From contig JAXDKT010000061.1 of assembly GCA_034666965.1 (NCBI GenBank), positions 457 to 64,456 on the forward strand: a DNA stretch of 64,000 nt, written 5' to 3'. The translations under genes and the position numbers were made by a program. Every line of letters starts with the position of its first letter. The first letter of the stretch is position 1. Of this stretch, positions 35,877 to 45,813 are shown piece by piece. The notes under the pieces are model-generated. The model saw nothing but the letters and a program-made list of their open reading frames with translations, made no database searches and was not told the DNA's origin. This DNA is from Chloroflexota bacterium (lineage in GTDB: Bacteria; Chloroflexota; Limnocylindria; Limnocylindrales; CSP1-4).

Positions 35877-38800
35877 ATGCCCGGCCGACGAGCCAACCCC
35901 CTCTACGACCGTCGCTTCGAGCACGATGCCTGCGGCGTCGGGTTCGTCGCGGACGCCGGCGGACGATCCCGGGACCGGGTCCTGCCGCTCGCGCTGGCCG
36001 GCCTCGGCTCGCTCGGGCACCGGGGGGCGTTCGCCGCCGACGGCGCATCGAGCGATGGGGCCGGCGTCCTCCTGCCGCTCGAGGCGAGCCTCCTCGACCT
36101 GCTATCGCCCGGGGTCGGCGGCCGGCCCGGGATCGTGTCGGTTTTCCTGCCCCGATCGGGCGCCGGCTCGGCCCGGGCGCGTCGGATCGTCGCGGCGGCA
36201 CTGGCCGACGAGCGCCTGCCCGCTCCGTTCTGGCGGACCGTCCCGATCGACCCGACGGCCCTCGGACGGGAGGCCCGGGCCACGCTGCCGGGGGTCGTCC
36301 AGGCCCTGGTCGAGCGCCCGGCCGGGCTGTCCGACGCGCGCTTCGAGCTGCGGCTCGTGCTCGCTCGACGCCGGATGGAGACCGCCGCCCGGACGGCCGG
36401 GCCAGGGCTGGCCGGGTTCTCGGTCCCGTCGGCGTCGTGCCGGACGATCGTCTACAAGGGGCTGGTGGCCGGCGAGCGGCTGGCCGAGCTGTACCCCGAC
36501 CTGGCGGCCGGACCGGTCGTCAGCCACGCGATCTTCCACCAGCGCTACGCCACCAACACCCGACCCGACTGGCGGCTGGCCCAGCCGTTCCGGGCGATCG
36601 CCCACAACGGCGAGATCAACACCGTGCGGACCAACCGCCAGGAGATCCGGGGGCGGGTCGCCGATCCGACCGGCGCGCCTGGAACGCCAGCCCGGCGACT
36701 GGTCGAGGCCGGTCCGCTGCTGTCGCCCGACGGCTCGGACTCGCTGTCCCTCGACGAGGTCCTCGAACTCGCGGTGTCGACCGGCTGGAGCCTGGCCGCG
36801 GCCCTCCTGGCGCTGGTCCCCGAGGCGCCCGCCCTGCGCTCGGTGGGTCATCCACTGGCCGCGGCGTTCGCTCGCCGAACGGCCGGCTTCGCGGCCCCCT
36901 GGGATGGGCCCGCGGCCCTCGTGTTCGGGGACGGCCGCCGCGTCGGCGCCCTGGTCGACCGCAACGGTCTCCGGCCGCTCGCGTTCTCCGTGACGCGCGA
37001 CCGCCTGGTCGTGGCCGCGTCCGAAGCCGGGGCGGTGCCGTTGACCGCCGCCGAGACGATCCGCCGGGGCCGGCTCGGTCCGGGCGAGATCCTGCTGGTC
37101 GATCCGCGCGGCGGAGCGATCCTCGAGGACGTCGAGGCGAAGACCGAGATCCTGCGCCGCTCCTGGCGTCCGGACGCACCCCGGATGACCTTCGTGGACC
37201 GGACGGCCGGGGTCGAGGAACGAGCGACGGCCCGGCCGACCCCGCTCGAGCTCCGCCACCTGGCCGGGCTCGACGCGGAGCGGGCCCGTCTCGACATCCG
37301 GACCATGGTCCTCGACGCGCGCGAACCGCTCTGGAGCATGGGCGACGACACCCCGACGCCGGCCCGCTCCCGGGTCGACCGGTCGCTCGGCGACCACCTC
37401 CGGCAGGCCTTCGCCCAGGTGACCAATCCGCCGATCGACCCGGAGCGCGAGCGGGCGGTGATGGACCTGCGCATCGAGCTCGGGCGCCGGCCGGCGCTCC
37501 TGCGCGGGATCCCGGTCGCGCCGCGGACCGTCCGGCTCGACCGGCCGGTCATGGCCGACCTCGACGGGCTGCTCGCCCGGTTCGGGTCCCGCCGGATCCG
37601 CCGGCTGGACGCCACCTGGGATGCCGGCCAGGGTCCGGATGGCCTGGCCCGCGCCGTCGCCGACCTGGCGGCTGCGGCGGTCCGCGACGTCGAGTCGGGT
37701 TCGGTCGAGCTGCTGGTCATCTCGGACCGCTCGCTGGCCCTGATCCGGCCACCGATCCCCAGCGCACTGGCGGTCGGCGCGGTGCACACCGCCCTGACCT
37801 CGGCGGGGCTGCGCGGCCGGGCCGACCTGCTGGCCGATGCGGCCGACGTCCTCGACGTCCACGGACTGGCGATGGTCCTGACGGCCGGTGCGACCGTGGT
37901 CCACCCGTGGCTGGCGCTCGAGCTGGCCGCGGAGCTGGCCGGTGGCCGCGGCGCTGAGTCGATCACGGCGGCCGAGTCGGCCGGACGCCTGCTGGAGGCG
38001 TTCGAGACCGGCCTGCGCAAGACGCTCGCGCGGATGGGCATCTCGGCTCTGGCGTCGTACGTCGGCGGCAACCTGTGCGAGACCCTCGAGCTGGCGCCCG
38101 AGGTCGTCGAGCGGTGCTTCGCGTCGGCGGCATCGTGGCCCGGTCGGGTCGGATTCGCCGAGCTCGGCGCCCGGATCCTGCGCCGGATCGCCGCCGCCGA
38201 GGCGCTTCAGCAAGCGGGTCCTGGCGCGCGGCTGGGCGACCCGGGCCTGGCCCGGTTCCGCGCGGACGGAGAGCGACACCTGTACGCGCCGAGCGTGGTC
38301 AAGGCGATCCAGGCCGTGGCCGACGGCCGTGGGGGCGACAGCCTGGAGGCCCTCGGCACGCTGGCACGGCGCGATCCGGCGACCGTCCGGGACGGCCTGC
38401 GCGTTCGCCGGCCACGCGCGGTCCGGCCGATCCCGGTCGACGAGGTCGAGACGGCCCGAACCATCGCCCGTCGGTTCGTGGCCAGCGCCATGAGCGTGGG
38501 CGCGCTCAGCCCTGAGGCCCACCAGGCGGTGACCGTCGGCATGCAGCGGGCCGGTGGCGCGGCGAACACCGGCGAGGGCGGCGAGGACCCGGCCTGGTAT
38601 CGCCCCGGCAGCGACGGTGAGCGCCGCGACGCCCGGATCAAGCAGGTCGCCTCGGCGCGTTTCGGCGTGACCGCGGCCTATCTGGCCCGGGCCGATCAGC
38701 TCGAGATCAAGATCGCCCAGGGATCCAAGCCGGGCGAAGGCGGCCAACTGCCGGCCAAGAAGGCCACGGCCGAGATCGCCGCCCTCCGTCGCGCCCAGCC

Positions 38801-40448
38801 GGGCCAGGCCCTGATCAGCCCGCCGCCCCACCACGACATCTATTCGATCGAGGACCTCGCCCAGCTCATCGCCGACCTGCGCGCGATCAATCCAGCGGCC
38901 CGGATCGGGGTCAAGCTCGTCGCCAGCCGAGGCGTGGGCACGATCGCTGCCGGGGTGGTCAAGGCGGGCGCCGACTATGTCCATCTGGCGGGTCACGCCG
39001 GCGGCACGGGCGCCAGCCCCTTGAGCTCGATCAAGCACGTCGGCGCGCCCTGGGAGCTGGGCCTGGCCGAGGTCCACCAGACGCTCCTCCGCAACGACCT
39101 GCGCGATCGGGTCGTGCTCCGGACCGACGGCGGACTCCAGGTCGGGCGAGATCTGCTGATCGCCGCACTGCTCGGGGCCGAGGAGTTCGGCTTTGGGACG
39201 GCGACGCTCGTCGCGCTCGGCTGCGACATGGCCCGCCAGTGCCACCTCGACACCTGCCCCACGGGCATCGCCACTCAGCGACCGGACCTGCGGGCAAAGT
39301 TCAGCGGCACGCCCGAGCAGGTCGAGCGGTTCGCCCTGGCGGTGGCCGAGGATCTGCGCCACGAGCTCGCGGCGATGGGGGCCCGGTCGGTGGGGGAGAT
39401 CGTCGGCGAGGCCGGGCGCTATCTCGCGCCCGCTGGCCGGGCTGGCCGGGCCGGGCCGACCGACCTCCGCCCGATCCTGGGGGCGTCACCCTGGGCCGCC
39501 GACAGGGCCCGGCGGGACGACCCGGCCCGGTCGAGGGAGCACCTCGATCGGGCGCCGGCCTCGACGGTCGAGCACGCCATCGTCGCCGGGCTCGCCGGCG
39601 AGCGCCCGCTGCCAGCCGGTGCATGGGCGATCGGGACGGCCGACCGGTCGTTCGGGGCCGAGCTGTCGGGCGCCCTCGAGCGGTTGGAGATCGACCGTCC
39701 CGTAGCCGGGCCGCTGGCCCTCGATCTGCACGGCGCGGCCGGCCAGAGCTTCGGCGCGTTCCTGGCCGAGGGCATCGAGCTGGTCCTCGTCGGCCAGGCC
39801 AACGACTACGTTGGCAAGGGCCTGTCCGGCGGGAGAATCGTCATTCGGCCCGAACGCGAGGTCGCGGCCGACCCCGCCGCCTCGACGATCGCCGGCAACG
39901 TTTGCCTGTTCGGGGCGACGGCCGGGCGGCTGCACGTCGTCGGCCGGGCCGGGATGCGCTTCGCGATCCGCAACAGCGGCGCCGAGGCGGTGGTCGAAGG
40001 GCTCGGCGTTCATGGCTGCGAGTACATGACCGGGGGCACCGTCGTGGTGCTTGGCCCGATCGGCGCCAACTTCGGCGCGGGCATGACCGGCGGGCGCGCC
40101 TACCTGCTGGACCCCACCGGTCGCTCGGCACCGGCGCTGGCCGGCGCGAGCGTGGCCGCGACGCGGCTGTCGGCCGTGGTCCGCGACCGAGCCGACGGGC
40201 CCCAGCGCGCGGCTGAGCTCAGCCGTCTCGTCGAGGCGCACGCCGCCGCCGGCTCCGAGCTGGCCGAGCGGCTCGTCCTCCGCGGCGGCCCCCGACCGGA
40301 GGATGTCTGGCTGGTCGAGCCGCTCGGCCAGCCGACCGCGACGTCGATCGCCCTGGAGTCCGATACCGGCGCCGCCGAAGCCGGCGCCGTCGCGGCCCTC
40401 ACGGCGACGCAGCCGACTGCCCCTGTCGCGGTGCCTACACTTTCCTGA
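35877..40448 (+). CDS. gltB: Glutamate synthase large subunit (GOGAT alpha)
   Basis: 1523 aa. N-terminal Ntn amidotransferase start (…FEHDACGVGFVA…), FMN/Fe-S central and synthase domains, C-terminal GXGXG domain. Confidence 0.95.
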   Translation: MPGRRANPLYDRRFEHDACGVGFVADAGGRSRDRVLPLALAGLGSLGHRGAFAADGASSDGAGVLLPLEASLLDLLSPGVGGRPGIVSVFLPRSGAGSARARRIVAAALADERLPAPFWRTVPIDPTALGREARATLPGVVQALVERPAGLSDARFELRLVLARRRMETAARTAGPGLAGFSVPSASCRTIVYKGLVAGERLAELYPDLAAGPVVSHAIFHQRYATNTRPDWRLAQPFRAIAHNGEINTVRTNRQEIRGRVADPTGAPGTPARRLVEAGPLLSPDGSDSLSLDEVLELAVSTGWSLAAALLALVPEAPALRSVGHPLAAAFARRTAGFAAPWDGPAALVFGDGRRVGALVDRNGLRPLAFSVTRDRLVVAASEAGAVPLTAAETIRRGRLGPGEILLVDPRGGAILEDVEAKTEILRRSWRPDAPRMTFVDRTAGVEERATARPTPLELRHLAGLDAERARLDIRTMVLDAREPLWSMGDDTPTPARSRVDRSLGDHLRQAFAQVTNPPIDPERERAVMDLRIELGRRPALLRGIPVAPRTVRLDRPVMADLDGLLARFGSRRIRRLDATWDAGQGPDGLARAVADLAAAAVRDVESGSVELLVISDRSLALIRPPIPSALAVGAVHTALTSAGLRGRADLLADAADVLDVHGLAMVLTAGATVVHPWLALELAAELAGGRGAESITAAESAGRLLEAFETGLRKTLARMGISALASYVGGNLCETLELAPEVVERCFASAASWPGRVGFAELGARILRRIAAAEALQQAGPGARLGDPGLARFRADGERHLYAPSVVKAIQAVADGRGGDSLEALGTLARRDPATVRDGLRVRRPRAVRPIPVDEVETARTIARRFVASAMSVGALSPEAHQAVTVGMQRAGGAANTGEGGEDPAWYRPGSDGERRDARIKQVASARFGVTAAYLARADQLEIKIAQGSKPGEGGQLPAKKATAEIAALRRAQPGQALISPPPHHDIYSIEDLAQLIADLRAINPAARIGVKLVASRGVGTIAAGVVKAGADYVHLAGHAGGTGASPLSSIKHVGAPWELGLAEVHQTLLRNDLRDRVVLRTDGGLQVGRDLLIAALLGAEEFGFGTATLVALGCDMARQCHLDTCPTGIATQRPDLRAKFSGTPEQVERFALAVAEDLRHELAAMGARSVGEIVGEAGRYLAPAGRAGRAGPTDLRPILGASPWAADRARRDDPARSREHLDRAPASTVEHAIVAGLAGERPLPAGAWAIGTADRSFGAELSGALERLEIDRPVAGPLALDLHGAAGQSFGAFLAEGIELVLVGQANDYVGKGLSGGRIVIRPEREVAADPAASTIAGNVCLFGATAGRLHVVGRAGMRFAIRNSGAEAVVEGLGVHGCEYMTGGTVVVLGPIGANFGAGMTGGRAYLLDPTGRSAPALAGASVAATRLSAVVRDRADGPQRAAELSRLVEAHAAAGSELAERLVLRGGPRPEDVWLVEPLGQPTATSIALESDTGAAEAGAVAALTATQPTAPVAVPTLS

Positions 40449-40494
40449 AGGTCGGCGGTCGGTGCCGGCCGGCCACGTCCCGGAGGAGCCGCCG

Positions 40495-43398
40495 ATGACC
40501 GCTCGCCCGAACCCGGCCGTCCGCGGCGAGCCGCGCGGGATCGGGACCGGCGGCGCTCGCGATCCGCTCGCCCGCGAGGTCCGCCTGCTGGGCGCCCTCC
40601 TTGGGCAGGTCATCGTGGAGCAGGAGGGACTCGATCTGCTCGAGCTCGTTGAGCGCGTCCGGCGGCGCACGATCGCGCTTCGCAAGGCCGACGACCGGCT
40701 CGAGCGAGAGCGACTGGCGGTGGAGCTGGATAGCCTCGACCTGGCCCGGGTCGAGGCGCTCATTCGCTCATTCGGGCTGTACTTCCAGCTGGTCAACCTG
40801 GCCGAGGAGCGTCACCGGATCCGGATCCTGCGGAGGCGCGAACGCGCGGCCCGGGGCGGCATCCTCGATGATTCGGTGGCCGAGGCGGTCCGCCGGATCT
40901 GGCGGACGGGGCGCGGGCTGGATGACATCGTGGCCCGCATCGATCGCCTGTCGATCGCGCCGGTCCTGACGGCTCATCCCACCGAGGCCCGCCGGCGGAC
41001 GCTGCTCGTCGCCCTGCGCCGCTGCCATCGCCTGGTCGAGCGACTCGACGACCCGCGCCTCGCCCCCGAGGAGGACCGCGACGTTCGCCGGCGGCTGCGG
41101 GAGGAGATCAGCCTCCTGTGGCGGACCGCCGACCTGCGCTCGGTCGCCCCGACCCCGCTCGACGAGGTTCGCACGGCGATGACCTACTTCGACGAGAGCC
41201 TGTTCACCGTCGTGCCCCGCCTGTACCGCGCCCTCGACGGGGCGCTCGATCCACTCGCGGAGGCGGAGCGCCGTCGTGCCCTGGGTCGCGCCGGCCGCCT
41301 GGCCGCGGCGGACCCGCCGGCCGCCGACGCCGGTCGAACGGGGACGCGGCGGCCGCTGGTCCCGGCGTTCCTGCACTGGGGCAGCTGGGTCGGCGGCGAC
41401 CGGGACGGGAACCCGGCGGTCACGGCCGAGACGACGGCGCACGTCCTGCGCATCCACGCCGATCACGTCATCCACGGCTACGAAGCGGTCGCCACCCGGC
41501 TGATGCAGACGGTCGCTGCGGCGGTGACCACCGACCGCATCCCGCCGCCACTGGCACGTCGCCTGGTGGCCGACGACGACCTCCTGCCGGAGACGATGCG
41601 CCAGCTCCGACGGCGCTTCCCCGACGAGCCCTGCCGGCAGCGCTTCGGGGCGATCGCGGAGCGCCTCCGCCGGACTCGGGCGGCCCTGACCGCCACCCCC
41701 GGCATGCCCGCCACCGGGCGCTACCAGGATCCCGCGGAGCTGCTCGTCGAGCTCGACGAGCTGATGTCCGCGCTCGTCTTCGATCGGCTCGAGCGGGTCG
41801 CCTGGGGTCAGGTCCAGGACTTCGCCTGGCAGGTCCAGACGTTTGGCTTCCACCTGGCCGAGCTCGAGGTCCGGCAGCACAGTCAGGTCCACGAGGCGGC
41901 GCTCGCGGCCATCCGGCGCGGCGATCTCGACTCGGACCTGCCCGGCGCGCCGGGCGTCACGGCTGGCGAGGTGCTGGCCACCTTCAGGGCCATCGCCGAC
42001 GCCCAGGCGCGGTTCGGGCCGGCGGCCGCCGGGCGCTATGTGATCAGCTTCACGCGGTCGGCGGCCGACGTCCTGGCCGTGCTGGAGCTGGCCGACCTGG
42101 CCGGGGCCGCCGATCCCCCGGCTGCGGTCACCGGCGGGCTGACCCCGGCCATTCCGGTCCTCGACGTGGTCCCGTTGTTCGAGTCGGCCGATGCGCTGGT
42201 CGGTTGTGCCGGGATCCTCGACGCCCTGGTCGCCGACCCGACCTACCGCGGTCACCTCCGCGCGCGCCACGATCGCCAGGAGGTCATGCTGGGCTATTCC
42301 GACTCGAACAAGGAGTCCGGCTTCCTGGCCGCGAATCGGCTCCTCTACCGGGCCCAGGAGGCGCTCGTCCAGTCGGCTCGGCGCCACGGTCTCGAACTGA
42401 CCCTGTTCCACGGCCGGGGCGGGGCCATCGGCCGGGGCGGAGGACCGACCAACCGGGCGATCCTGGCCCAGGCACCGGGCTCGATCGACGGACGCCTCCG
42501 GATGACCGAGCAGGGCGAGGTGATCGCGGCGAACTATGCCAACCCGGCGATCGCCCGGCGCCAGCTCGAACAGCTGACGGCCGCGGTCCTGCTGGCATCG
42601 ACGCCCGAGCACGACCGTCGGGTGGCCGAGGCCGGCGCGCGGGGGTCCGCCGCGATCGACGAGCTGGCGAGCACCTCCGAAGCGGCCTACCGGGGTTTGG
42701 TCTGGGACGATCCCGAGTTCCCGGCGTTCTTCCGCGATGCGACACCGATCGTGGAGCTGTCCGCGCTTCGCCTCGGATCGCGCCCGGCGATCCGTGGTCG
42801 AGCGCCATCCGATCCAGGGCCCGCCAGGCGTCACGACCGGCCGCCGGCGGAGCCGCCGCCGTCGATCGAGGCGCTGCGCGCGATCCCGTGGGGATTCGCC
42901 TGGTCCCAGGCTCGGCTCAACCTGCCGGGCTGGTACGGATTGGGATCGGCCCTCGAGGCGTATCGGTCCGCTCACGGCGAGGCGGGCCTCGACGAGCTCA
43001 GCACCCTGTATGCGAGCTGGCCGCTATTCGAGGCGATCCTGGACAACGCCGAGATGACCCTGGCCAAGGCCGACATCGGCGTTGCCCGGACGTACGCCCG
43101 GCTGGCCCGGGGCCAGGCCGCGACCCGGATCTGGGAGCGGATCGAGGCGGAGCATGAGCGGACGGTCCGGCTGCTCCTGCGCGTCACTCGCCGGGAGCAC
43201 CTGCTCGACGGGCTGCCCGCCCTCCAGCGCTCGATCCAGCTGCGCAACCCCTACGTCGATTCGCTCTCCGAGCTCCAGGTCCGGCTGCTTGCCCGACTGC
43301 GGCGACTGGCCCCCGACGACGAGGCCCGGGCCGAGCTGCTGCGCCTGGTGCAGCTTTCGATCAACGGGATCGCCGCCGGATTGCGCAACACCGGCTAG
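40495..43398 (+). CDS. ppc: Phosphoenolpyruvate carboxylase
   Basis: 968 aa. VLTAHPTE motif, …GYSDSNKESGFLAA…, FHGRGGAIGRGGGP, C-terminal …NGIAAGLRNTG. Track ORF 40303 starts inside gltB; the ATG at 40495 is preceded by GGAGGAG. Confidence 0.95.
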   Translation: MTARPNPAVRGEPRGIGTGGARDPLAREVRLLGALLGQVIVEQEGLDLLELVERVRRRTIALRKADDRLERERLAVELDSLDLARVEALIRSFGLYFQLVNLAEERHRIRILRRRERAARGGILDDSVAEAVRRIWRTGRGLDDIVARIDRLSIAPVLTAHPTEARRRTLLVALRRCHRLVERLDDPRLAPEEDRDVRRRLREEISLLWRTADLRSVAPTPLDEVRTAMTYFDESLFTVVPRLYRALDGALDPLAEAERRRALGRAGRLAAADPPAADAGRTGTRRPLVPAFLHWGSWVGGDRDGNPAVTAETTAHVLRIHADHVIHGYEAVATRLMQTVAAAVTTDRIPPPLARRLVADDDLLPETMRQLRRRFPDEPCRQRFGAIAERLRRTRAALTATPGMPATGRYQDPAELLVELDELMSALVFDRLERVAWGQVQDFAWQVQTFGFHLAELEVRQHSQVHEAALAAIRRGDLDSDLPGAPGVTAGEVLATFRAIADAQARFGPAAAGRYVISFTRSAADVLAVLELADLAGAADPPAAVTGGLTPAIPVLDVVPLFESADALVGCAGILDALVADPTYRGHLRARHDRQEVMLGYSDSNKESGFLAANRLLYRAQEALVQSARRHGLELTLFHGRGGAIGRGGGPTNRAILAQAPGSIDGRLRMTEQGEVIAANYANPAIARRQLEQLTAAVLLASTPEHDRRVAEAGARGSAAIDELASTSEAAYRGLVWDDPEFPAFFRDATPIVELSALRLGSRPAIRGRAPSDPGPARRHDRPPAEPPPSIEALRAIPWGFAWSQARLNLPGWYGLGSALEAYRSAHGEAGLDELSTLYASWPLFEAILDNAEMTLAKADIGVARTYARLARGQAATRIWERIEAEHERTVRLLLRVTRREHLLDGLPALQRSIQLRNPYVDSLSELQVRLLARLRRLAPDDEARAELLRLVQLSINGIAAGLRNTG

Positions 43399-43509
43399 CA
43401 CCTGGCCGGCATCGAAACCGAGGCGGCGTCGGGGGCGTAGCCCTGAGTGCCAAGGTCGCTCCCACGCATGCACCCGCGCGCGCCCGGCCAGGCGTTCAGG
43501 AGGTCGCCG

Positions 43510-44592
43510 ATGATCCACCGTCGAGCCATCGCAGTCGGGGCCGCGCTGGGCCTCCTCATGCTCTCGGTCGCACCCGCGGCCGCCGACAGTCATCGCCTTC
43601 CGAACGTCTACGAGACGCATGTCTTCGTCTCGGACGGGACCATCCCGGCCGATCACGTCGACCCGAACCTGGTCAACGGCTGGGGCCTGGTCCGCGGCCC
43701 GGCGACCCCCTGGTGGGTGGCCAACAACGGGACCGGGACATCGACCCTGTACACCGGCCTGGGCGCGCCACTCCCGCTCATCGTCAAGGTGCCCGGCGCA
43801 CCGACCGGCACGGTCTTCAACGGCGGGACCGGGTTCGTCGTCGGCAGTGGCACGGCGTCCGGCCCGGCCCGCTTCCTGTTCGCCTCGGAGGACGGCACGA
43901 TCTCGGGTTGGAACTCGGCGGTTCCGGCATCCAGCCCGCCAGTCGCCTCGACCCAGGCCTTCGTCGTGGCCGATCACGCGCGGTCGATCTACAAGGGCCT
44001 GGCCATCGCAACGTGGAACGGCGCCGATTACCTCTACGCCACCGACTTCCACCGCGGCCGGATCGACGTCTTCGACAGCACCTTCGTGCGCAAGCACTGG
44101 AAGCACGCCTTCGTCGACCCCAAGCTGCCGGACCACTACGCGCCGTTCGGCATCCAGAACCTGAACGGCACGATCTTCGTGACCTACGCCCGTCAGGATC
44201 GAGCCCGCGAGGACGAGCTCGCGGGAACGGGCAAGGGCTTCGTCAGCGCATTCGACGCGGGCGGTCACTTCCTCGGACGGGTCGCCTCACGGGGCGCGCT
44301 CAACGCACCGTGGGGTCTGGCCTGGGCGCCGGACGGCTTCGGTCGCTTCAGCGGGGACTTGCTCGTGGGCAACTTCGGCAACGGTCGGATCAATGGCTAC
44401 CGCTGGCACGACGGTCAGTGGAAGTTCGACGGGACGCTGCGCACGGCCGACCACAAGGCGATCGTCATCGACGGCCTGTGGGGCATCGGCTTCGGCAATG
44501 ACGCCGCCGCCGGACCGTCGACCACCTTGTTCTTCGCCGCCGGTCCGGACGAGGAGACCCACGGCGCATTTGGTGCGATCCGGGCGCCTTGA
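43510..44592 (+). CDS. Secreted beta-propeller-like protein (TIGR03118-type conserved hypothetical)
   Basis: Signal peptide (MIHRRAIAVGAALGLLMLSVAPAAA), then repeated Gly/Trp-rich blades (…VNGWGL…WWVANNGTG…). Family assignment tentative. Confidence 0.55.
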   Translation: MIHRRAIAVGAALGLLMLSVAPAAADSHRLPNVYETHVFVSDGTIPADHVDPNLVNGWGLVRGPATPWWVANNGTGTSTLYTGLGAPLPLIVKVPGAPTGTVFNGGTGFVVGSGTASGPARFLFASEDGTISGWNSAVPASSPPVASTQAFVVADHARSIYKGLAIATWNGADYLYATDFHRGRIDVFDSTFVRKHWKHAFVDPKLPDHYAPFGIQNLNGTIFVTYARQDRAREDELAGTGKGFVSAFDAGGHFLGRVASRGALNAPWGLAWAPDGFGRFSGDLLVGNFGNGRINGYRWHDGQWKFDGTLRTADHKAIVIDGLWGIGFGNDAAAGPSTTLFFAAGPDEETHGAFGAIRAP

Positions 44593-44800
44593 CGGCGTTC
44601 CGACGTGACGGAGAGGCGGGCGAGCCCCCGGAGGGCCCGCCCGCCTCGTGCGTGTCGTCACGTTGCCGGGGTATCCGGTTCGCAACCCGATCGCGACCGT
44701 GCCGCCGCTGACCCCCGACGGCTCGGTCGCGCATCCTGACCAGGCTGTCCGGAGCCCATCCGCCGACGAGATCGGCGGCAAGCACGATCGCGAGGCCCCC

Positions 44801-45034
44801 ATGATCCAGCCGTCCGACCCGCAGCCCGCCTGGCCGCGCGGACAGGCCATGGGCGCCGGCGGCCCCGTCACCTGCTTCACCTGCGGCTGTCGTCTGACGA
44901 GCACCGCGACCTCCGCGACGGAGTGGACCCACTTCGCGCCGCTGGGTGGACGCGACGCGCGCGGCTGCCGGGTGGACTGTGTCGATCTGCCCCACGACCG
45001 TGCTGGCCGGGCGATCCTGGGCGTGCCCGCCTGA
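44801..45034 (+). CDS. Small Cys-rich hypothetical protein
   Basis: 77 aa from the internal Met of ORF 44648..45034 (…VTCFTCGCRL…GCRVDC…). Possible zinc-ribbon. Weak. Confidence 0.2.
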   Translation: MIQPSDPQPAWPRGQAMGAGGPVTCFTCGCRLTSTATSATEWTHFAPLGGRDARGCRVDCVDLPHDRAGRAILGVPA

Positions 45035-45097
45035 GCTACCCGTCGCGGCGGGTGCGGGTCAGCTGACGCGTCCCGAGCGACTCCTCGACCAAGTGGA

Positions 45098-45799
45098 TCA
45101 GGCCTCGATCCGGTAGCCAACCGAGCGGACGGCAACGACGGCCGGACCGCCCGCCGCCTGAACCTTGGCTCGCAATCGGGCGATGTGCGGCTTCAGCCAG
45201 AGCAGGTCGGGGTCCGGCTCGGTTGGCCAGCCCGCCCGGACGAGACGGTGGTGGGGGACCACGTCGCCGGCGGCCCGCACGAGCGCCTCGAGGAGGCGGT
45301 ACTCGGTCGCGGTCAGGTTGATCGCCGCCGCGCCGATCCGGGCCTCGTGCCGGCCCGGATCGATCGTGAGCGTGCCGGCCTCCAGGGGTCCGCCCCCGGT
45401 CGTCCCGCCGCCCCCGGCGGCGGCGTCGGCCCGGCGCATGATGGCCGAGATGCGGGCCAGCAGCTCGGCCTTGCCGAATGGCTTGGTCAGGTAGTCGTCG
45501 GCCCCGATCTCGAGCGCCTTGACCTTGGCGCCCTCGCCGCTCTCCCCGGAAACGACCAGGATCGGCACGTTGCCCGCAGCGCGAATCTGGCCGGTCACGT
45601 TGAAGCCGTCCGGGCCGGGCATGGCCAGGTCCAGCAGGACCAGGTCCGGGCCGTCGTCGCGAAAGCGCTTGACCGCGGTCAGGCCGTCGTACGCGGTGAT
45701 GACCTGGTGACCCTCGGTGCCGACCAGCGCGGTGATCGCGCCGACCATCGCCGGGTCATCGTCGACCACCAGGATCCGCAGGGGTCGGGTGGTGGGCAT
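45098..45799 (-). CDS. OmpR-family response regulator
   Basis: Receiver (LRILVVDDDPAMV…LLDLAMPGPDG…DDYLTKPF) plus winged helix (LTATEYRLLEALV…VGYRIEA). Operonic with the HK at 45814..47112. The ORF extends to 45997; MPTTRPLRIL… chosen as start. Confidence 0.9.
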   Translation of the reverse strand: MPTTRPLRILVVDDDPAMVGAITALVGTEGHQVITAYDGLTAVKRFRDDGPDLVLLDLAMPGPDGFNVTGQIRAAGNVPILVVSGESGEGAKVKALEIGADDYLTKPFGKAELLARISAIMRRADAAAGGGGTTGGGPLEAGTLTIDPGRHEARIGAAAINLTATEYRLLEALVRAAGDVVPHHRLVRAGWPTEPDPDLLWLKPHIARLRAKVQAAGGPAVVAVRSVGYRIEA

Positions 45800-45813
45800 C
45801 CGGGACTCCTCTC

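Noticed and set aside
36102-39362. 1086-aa antisense ORF inside gltB (similar cases: 40768..42975, 26746..28950, 22779..24494, 13267..14589, 1147..2040, 62869..63835)
   Set aside because: Long stop-free antisense frames are expected at about 70% GC. The translations are Arg/Gly/Pro/Asp-dominated with no domain-like pattern, while the sense frames encode unmistakable conserved proteins.
40303-40494. Upstream extension of the ppc ORF into gltB
   Set aside because: It overlaps the gltB 3' end in another frame and is Arg/Ser/Pro-rich. The ATG at 40495 has a GGAGGAG RBS and begins the conserved PEPC N-terminus.
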